From the IMG/VR virus record IMGVR_UViG_3300031519_008107, positions 29,105 through 93,104 of that record: a stretch of DNA of 64,000 nucleotides. One strand, 5' to 3'. A model generated the notes under the pieces. The model worked only from the letters and a program-made list of their open reading frames with translations. It was not told the origin of the DNA and made no database searches. This DNA is from a virus. Position numbers and translations under genes: made by a program. Shown here one piece after another: positions 58,708-64,000 of the stretch; positions within the stretch are counted from its first letter, which is position 1; each line of letters begins with the position of its first letter.

Positions 58708-59198
58708 TTCGTAACAATATATCTATTGTCCCCTAAACTTACAAACTCAGGTTCACTCATTCTGGTATAAGAATTTTGCCTATAATCAGAAATGCCATTT
58801 CCTGAAGGAATAACATAGTCAGCACTTTTAATTTTAGGATAAGATGCTATTGTTGATATAGATTGCATATTACCAACAGCCGTAGAAACAGAACCTATTT
58901 GCATGAAATCTTTTTGATTAAACACCAAGGTCAACTGAACCGTCTCTTCCTTAGTTGTTGTAGTTTTACCTTCTCCAGCACATACCGGGCATAGCTGACC
59001 ATAAGGGAACGGCATAATACCGCTGCCGTTATACACGCCGTTGGATCTTTTAGAAAGAGGGTCATAGCCACAATTGGGACATTTTACGCCACCCTGTTCG
59101 TAAACAAACACGCAAGGTTGAGCAAAACCTGACGAACTTACTAACATGTCAATAGCACTATTATACATAGCCTTGACACCATTTAAATTAATGTTCAT
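58683..59198 (-). CDS. putative head-closure protein with zinc finger
   Basis: CPNC...CPVC.G.G; position in the head-tail joining block. Confidence 0.5.
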   Translation of the reverse strand: MNINLNGVKAMYNSAIDMLVSSSGFAQPCVFVYEQGGVKCPNCGYDPLSKRSNGVYNGSGIMPFPYGQLCPVCAGEGKTTTTKEETVQLTLVFNQKDFMQIGSVSTAVGNMQSISTIASYPKIKSADYVIPSGNGISDYRQNSYTRMSEPEFVSLGDNRYIVTNWQRGGAE

Positions 59199-59719
59199 TA
59201 TGAATAAAAATTTCTAAGTCTAGAATAGTGGTCATGTAAATACCTTGGATCAAAATTATTACCAACAAACGGACCAAGAATAGCCTCTATACCATTAGCA
59301 TTACTAATCTCATATTGCATCCTTAGCTTATCATACATGTAACAAGGACCGACATCTAAAATATCTTTATAGCCCCTTAGGTTGCCTTGAACACTTACCT
59401 GAGCAGCACCTAGCCCAGCTTTGATTCCTTCGTTAGCAGCTTTAGTTCTAAACGTACTTTGATCAAAAAAGCAGGCAGCCTTTAGCGTCACAAAACCAAT
59501 AAAGTCTTCATCCCTATCGGCAAGAGTGCATGGGTCAGGATCAATGGTTAAGTTTGTTAAATTTACTTTATAATCATTAGGTAAATTAATTTCTCTGGTT
59601 ACATATTGTGCAGAAACTACGAGAACTTGTTGTAGTCTGTCATCTTCATATGTAGGCTTGTCTCCTAAATCATTAATCCAAGTACGGACTATGATAGGTA
59701 ATTCTAACTGCCATGACAT
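59198..59719 (-). CDS. putative head-tail adaptor
   Basis: VR..I.D......Y.D..L pattern; AGGAG SD. Confidence 0.55.
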   Translation of the reverse strand: MSWQLELPIIVRTWINDLGDKPTYEDDRLQQVLVVSAQYVTREINLPNDYKVNLTNLTIDPDPCTLADRDEDFIGFVTLKAACFFDQSTFRTKAANEGIKAGLGAAQVSVQGNLRGYKDILDVGPCYMYDKLRMQYEISNANGIEAILGPFVGNNFDPRYLHDHYSRLRNFYS

Positions 59720-59743
59720 GCGGTTTTCTCCTAGAATACGGTA

Positions 59744-59761
59744 ATAATAGTGTTATACACC
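59744..59761 (-). promoter_or_regulatory. GTGTA-type putative late promoter
   Basis: GGTGTATAACACTATTAT, 41 nt upstream of the ATG at 59719. Confidence 0.55.
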
Positions 59762-59771
59762 TAATCAACAA

Positions 59772-61160
59772 TTATCCTGAAGGAACTACAGGGCCTAAGA
59801 AACTACTGAACGTGCCAGTTCCAATGGTATTAATAGCAGCGATACTGACAAAATAACCGGTTCCATTAATCAAACCTGTAATAGACCCACTAGAAATTGA
59901 ACTCACCCCATCATTATATGTTATCGGTGGACCACCAGCATTCTGTCCACTGTACTGTATGACATAATCACTGATGGCATTGCCATTATTAGCAGGCTCA
60001 TTCCAGTTGACACCAATTTGAGTATTGCCAGTTGTAAAAACGAAAGGAGCTGCAACATTTGACGGAACTGATGCTGGCATACCTGTACCGCTAGCACTGT
60101 AAACTCCAGTACCTAAATCATTAGTAGCCCCCACAGCAAAGAAATATTGATTACCATTGGTCAGTCCTGTTATTGTTGCTGTAAGACCTGTACCTACTCC
60201 ATCATTATATACTGTTTCATTAGTGACTGGGTTGCCAAAGCCATCTATTCCAGTAGATCCAACTTTTACTATATAGTCTTGAATAGGATATCCTCCATCG
60301 GATGGTAATACCCATGATAGCCCTAATTGTCCACCCACACCACTAGAGATAGATAAGCCAGCTATTTGTGAAGGCACTGTTCCAGAAGCTATATGATTTA
60401 GTATAACAATTCCACTGTTGGTTGTAGAACTATTAGCGAATATAGAAGATGCTGTCACATTCACATAAAAGGTTTCTGTTTGCCCAAAAATTCCTGTTAT
60501 GTTGAAAGTTTCTAATCTATACTTTCTCCCATATGAAGACCCTCTAGCATTGCCTGTAGAGCCAGTAAGACTCCAAGTGTAAACTATATCATTAACATTT
60601 GTGTTATTGATCAATCCATGAAAATAAGTATTTGTAGTTCCTGATAAATTGCTAGAGCTAGGAACTACTAAGGAGCCACTCAAAACCGCTGTAGTAGGAT
60701 TACCTGTAACATTAATGACACCTTTAAAATTAGAGTCATTGCTAGCACGATAATAGTATGTTCCAGTATTACCCACACCCGGATAAAATTTCACAACACC
60801 ACTATCTACATTATTGTTTAACAAAGTGTGCTTTGTTGGAACAGCTATTGTTCCTGTCTCTGTTAAGGATATATTAAAAAGTTTAGATGGACTATCAGTA
60901 TCAACATCAAAAACTAAAACGTCAGTATCTCTTATAGTTAATGTTGGATCTGATGCTGATGAGTAGGTTGTACTACGATCAGAACCTGTTACTAAAAAAT
61001 TAAAAACACTTTGACCTATAGTAAGAGCATGAACATTACCAATAACAGGTTTCTGTATATTGGCAGCATAATGCTTCTTATTGCCTGAATATTTAATTAT
61101 AAATCCAGACGCAGGTGTACCTGAAGTAGAACTGTAATGGGCTAATTTCATCCTTTTCAT
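59772..61160 (-). CDS. virion protein with two fibronectin type III domains
   Basis: Two copies of W..P...G..I.DY...ITGL.NG..Y...V.A.N..GTG. Confidence 0.85.
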   Translation of the reverse strand: MKRMKLAHYSSTSGTPASGFIIKYSGNKKHYAANIQKPVIGNVHALTIGQSVFNFLVTGSDRSTTYSSASDPTLTIRDTDVLVFDVDTDSPSKLFNISLTETGTIAVPTKHTLLNNNVDSGVVKFYPGVGNTGTYYYRASNDSNFKGVINVTGNPTTAVLSGSLVVPSSSNLSGTTNTYFHGLINNTNVNDIVYTWSLTGSTGNARGSSYGRKYRLETFNITGIFGQTETFYVNVTASSIFANSSTTNSGIVILNHIASGTVPSQIAGLSISSGVGGQLGLSWVLPSDGGYPIQDYIVKVGSTGIDGFGNPVTNETVYNDGVGTGLTATITGLTNGNQYFFAVGATNDLGTGVYSASGTGMPASVPSNVAAPFVFTTGNTQIGVNWNEPANNGNAISDYVIQYSGQNAGGPPITYNDGVSSISSGSITGLINGTGYFVSIAAINTIGTGTFSSFLGPVVPSG

Positions 61161-61175
61161 AATCGAATTTTATCC

Positions 61176-61763
61176 TTAGAATGTGGATATCGCAGCACGC
61201 TTCCAAGTGTTATCTTTAATAGCTATATATATATGAGTTTGAGTAAATCTAAGCTCACCTTGAGAACCAGCAGCAGTAGCATTAGCTGGAGCACCAGACA
61301 TATTTGCAAGTATCTGACCAGATACAGCAACGGATAAAGTAGCTGGAGATGCTACATATGTTAAAACTATACCACTAGCCGATTGTAGCTTGGCGTTTAA
61401 ATCGCCTGTTTGTATAACAGTCGCGTCAATATCTAATCTTTTAGCTGCAAGGTTTAAGTTTAAACCCGATCCAGCTAATAAGTTACCTGTAGTTATAACG
61501 GAAGTGTCGATATTAAGAGTGACACCGCCTGCAGCACCTCCACCATCAAGACCAGTACCAGCAGTAACAGCGGTTATATCTCCAGCACCACCACCTCCAG
61601 CAACAGCACTAATGCTATTATAAAATCCGGGACCAATCTTTAAAGCATTAGTATCCCGAGCAAAAGCTGCTTCTCCACTAGCTAATCTTGGATTTGTTCC
61701 AGATAGGTTGGCTACTGTATCATTTCTTAATTGTATTCTGACTTTTCCGTATTCGTAGGCCAT
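61176..61763 (-). CDS. short fibre/decoration protein
   Basis: IQLRNDT..N....NP.LA.GE...D....KIG N-terminus; GDITAVTAGTGL.GG; C-terminal WKR module. Confidence 0.75.
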   Translation of the reverse strand: MAYEYGKVRIQLRNDTVANLSGTNPRLASGEAAFARDTNALKIGPGFYNSISAVAGGGGAGDITAVTAGTGLDGGGAAGGVTLNIDTSVITTGNLLAGSGLNLNLAAKRLDIDATVIQTGDLNAKLQSASGIVLTYVASPATLSVAVSGQILANMSGAPANATAAGSQGELRFTQTHIYIAIKDNTWKRAAISTF

Positions 61764-61791
61764 TTTTAACCTCTACTTGTTTTGGGGGGTA

Positions 61792-61810
61792 ATTTACATT
61801 AATATACACA
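61792..61810 (-). promoter_or_regulatory. GTGTA-type putative late promoter
   Basis: TGTGTATATTAATGTAAAT, 46 nt upstream of the ATG at 61763. Confidence 0.5.
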
Positions 61811-62125
61811 TTATGGTGTATCAACGATGTTATTTTCAATACCTAATTTAGCTACGTAATTTATAATAGCTCCCATAGCTGTTTGAAGATCACCATCCTC
61901 ATCTGATTTTTCTAGCATATTTTGAACTACAATCCAATCACCTCCATTTGGATCTAATTCTGCTACACCGTCTATCATGCCATACTTATGTAATTTTACT
62001 TCTCCATTAACCTCTCCATTGGGATCTGGAGCTTTAATTATTACTTCTTCTACCCAAACTCTATCATAAACTTTTTCTGGAATAGTGGTTGGATCTGCTG
62101 CGTTTAAAACTGGTAAAGAGGCCAT
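61811..62125 (-). CDS. hypothetical protein (possible fibre chaperone)
   Basis: Follows the long fibre gene; AGGAG SD. Confidence 0.65.
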   Translation of the reverse strand: MASLPVLNAADPTTIPEKVYDRVWVEEVIIKAPDPNGEVNGEVKLHKYGMIDGVAELDPNGGDWIVVQNMLEKSDEDGDLQTAMGAIINYVAKLGIENNIVDTP

Positions 62126-62150
62126 AATATTTTCTCCTACGAATTATTAA

Positions 62151-63998
62151 TTAAAAAGATGAATGAGCAATTCTTCTCCAATGATTATTTCCAATGGCTA
62201 AGTATACATAACTTGAATCAAATCTGAGGGAACCCATGCCTCCAGCAGCGGTTGAACTGGCTGGTGCTCCTGACATATTAGCAAGTATTTGACCTGATGT
62301 TGCAATTTCTAACGAACTTTGTGAAGCATTGTATGTTAAATTTATACCACTAGCCGCTTGTAACTTTGTATTCAATGTTCCTGTTGTTAATACTTCACCA
62401 CCACTAGCAGTAATAACACCATTAACCTCTAGTTTTGTTGCTGGTGTGGATGTGCCAATACCGACCCTGTCTGTACTAGCATCTGAAAAAATCAAATTAG
62501 AATCTGTATCACCTGCAACTCTAAAGTCACAATTCCGAAGACCATCATTAAAAATAAAGTTGCCAGCAGTATCAAATCTAGCGAGTTCTACTTGCTGACC
62601 TATAAAACGAAGATTAATAGTACCACTAGTTCCAACGTTAAAACTACTGGTAGAAACGCCTATTCCTGCAATTCCGTTAGTCTCATCATAAAAACGTAAA
62701 TAACCAAAATCATCTATAGCAGTATCCAGCGATTTGGCTGGATATTCCCATCTTACTAAATCATTAAACCGAACAGTTCCACTAACGTCTAGTTTTGCTT
62801 GCGGAGAAGATGTGCCAATTCCAATTCTGTCTGTACTAGCATCTACGAATAATAGATTTGCATCAGAATCACCTTCTACTCTAAAATCAGAATTGCCTCC
62901 ACCTTCATTAATAACAACAGCAGCAGACTGCACTTGAATCTCTGAACTAGAGTTGTTATTTGGTCCACGAACGTAAGTAATACCATTTGCGTTTGAAGAA
63001 ACAAAAGTGTGCCGACCATTACTAATCATCATATAAGTAGAATCAGGATAGTCTTTATGGGTAATAGAACTATATGCTGTAGCAGGAGGCCACTCCTTAA
63101 TAACTATATCGTCAACTTTTGCATTTCCTACAACCTGTAATGTGTGATCAGGAGAGGCAGTGCCAATACCAATATTCGTCCCGTTGTCATAAATAATACC
63201 ACTTGTTAAACTATCTACATCACTCCATTTAGCAATATAATTTGCTGTACCAGTACCATCAATGTTACCACCACCAGTAACCCCGCTAAACACAATATTT
63301 CCAGCACCGTCTGTAACTAAGCTGTGTCCAGCTGTACCATCAACACTTGGGAATGTATAGACGCCATTAACATTTAAACTATTAATTCTACCAGTACCAA
63401 CGACATGGAGTGGATGTAAAGGAGTAGCTGTTCCTAAGCCTACATTTCCAGCAAAATAGTTTTTATCATCAGTACCTTCTTGATACATACCAAATTTATT
63501 AGAGGTAGCAACTTCACTAGTTGGCCTTAAACGTATATGATAAGCATTTTGTATACTTCCACCAAAAGTTCCAGAACCTGAAGATATTTCTGAATATAAA
63601 CCATAAGCAGTAGTCATTTCACCAGAGCCAAGATTCAATACTCTATTACGAATACCAAAACTTTCATTTATAACACCACTAGATTGAAAACTAGTATGAC
63701 CACCAGCATATGTACGAAGACCATAAGCTCCCACTATTGTTCCGCTACCATTAACCAATCCGTTAGCATCTATAGCCATGCAGTAACCAGAATTTGTTAC
63801 TCCATGATTCACTGATTGAGTCATATTAACTTCTAGACCGTGACTATAGTTTAATCTTGAAACAGCATCAAACACATGATCACAATCTACATCTATTCCT
63901 CTTGCAGTTCCACCAGCAGAAAGATCAGAGAAATTTTTATCTTGATAGATTGAAAGTTTATAATTTGCTATTGCTGTTCTACCGATACCTATAGCATC
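62151..63998 (-). CDS. long tail fibre/adhesin (5' truncated by window)
   Basis: Frame is open to the window edge; repeated (V/I)GIGT..P...L.V.G and DFRV.GD.D.NL.F.DASTDR.GIGT units. Confidence 0.85.
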   Translation of the reverse strand, partial: DAIGIGRTAIANYKLSIYQDKNFSDLSAGGTARGIDVDCDHVFDAVSRLNYSHGLEVNMTQSVNHGVTNSGYCMAIDANGLVNGSGTIVGAYGLRTYAGGHTSFQSSGVINESFGIRNRVLNLGSGEMTTAYGLYSEISSGSGTFGGSIQNAYHIRLRPTSEVATSNKFGMYQEGTDDKNYFAGNVGLGTATPLHPLHVVGTGRINSLNVNGVYTFPSVDGTAGHSLVTDGAGNIVFSGVTGGGNIDGTGTANYIAKWSDVDSLTSGIIYDNGTNIGIGTASPDHTLQVVGNAKVDDIVIKEWPPATAYSSITHKDYPDSTYMMISNGRHTFVSSNANGITYVRGPNNNSSSEIQVQSAAVVINEGGGNSDFRVEGDSDANLLFVDASTDRIGIGTSSPQAKLDVSGTVRFNDLVRWEYPAKSLDTAIDDFGYLRFYDETNGIAGIGVSTSSFNVGTSGTINLRFIGQQVELARFDTAGNFIFNDGLRNCDFRVAGDTDSNLIFSDASTDRVGIGTSTPATKLEVNGVITASGGEVLTTGTLNTKLQAASGINLTYNASQSSLEIATSGQILANMSGAPASSTAAGGMGSLRFDSSYVYLAIGNNHWRRIAHSSF

Positions 63999-64000
63999 AA

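Noticed and set aside
61176-62920. Diversity-generating retroelement TR/VR pair
   Set aside because: The repeats lie in coding regions, differ at all base types rather than only adenines, and no reverse transcriptase is present in the window.
610-62937. Short antisense or nested ORFs in the track (e.g. 1189-1512, 25663-26064, 35587-35991, 46521-47021, 56317-56673)
   Set aside because: They are shadows of longer motif-bearing genes on the opposite strand or frame, with no SD or recognisable motifs.
1-64000. Stop-codon reassignment, tRNAs, rRNA, integrase or IS elements
   Set aside because: Genes tile densely under code 11 with TAA, TAG and TGA all used as real stops; no cloverleaf, transposase or integrase motif was recognised by eye.

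Overview
An internal 64-kb piece of a large, AT-rich tailed dsDNA bacteriophage genome, in standard genetic code and almost fully gene-tiled. The host is possibly Planctomycetota (inference only). There are two convergent arms meeting at about 32450. The + arm (1-32448) opens with a glycan-tailoring island: 2OG-Fe dioxygenase, HAD phosphatase, GDP-mannose 3,5-epimerase-like enzyme, fucosyltransferase-like GT, a second epimerase, radical SAM, further GTs, two sulfotransferases and a pyruvyltransferase. It continues with nucleotide metabolism (dCMP deaminase, class II RNR, PhoH, dNMP kinase), replication and recombination genes (RecA-like, DnaB, DnaG, Cas4/AddB-like nuclease, DnaE, DEDDh exonuclease, SSB, Rad52-like annealase) and a second glycosyltransferase operon. 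The - arm (32452-64000) is a virion module: fibres, FN3 protein, head-tail joining proteins, two tail-tube paralogues, tape measure protein (TMP) and two giant tail proteins; no sheath gene is recognisable. The most notable observations are: (1) a thermonuclease (SNase) domain with all catalytic residues, embedded in the TMP between repeated GG motifs, a candidate injected cargo; (2) an intein-less DnaE split at the palm/fingers junction, with a 59-aa ORF and an exonuclease between the halves; (3) strong CCWGG avoidance (every Pro-Gly checked uses CCS-GGN); (4) a GTGTA motif in every long intergenic gap, plus consensus sigma70 promoters inside coding sequences; (5) a possible sulfated, pyruvylated L-galactose glycan pathway. 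All calls come from reading motifs by eye; no searches were run.
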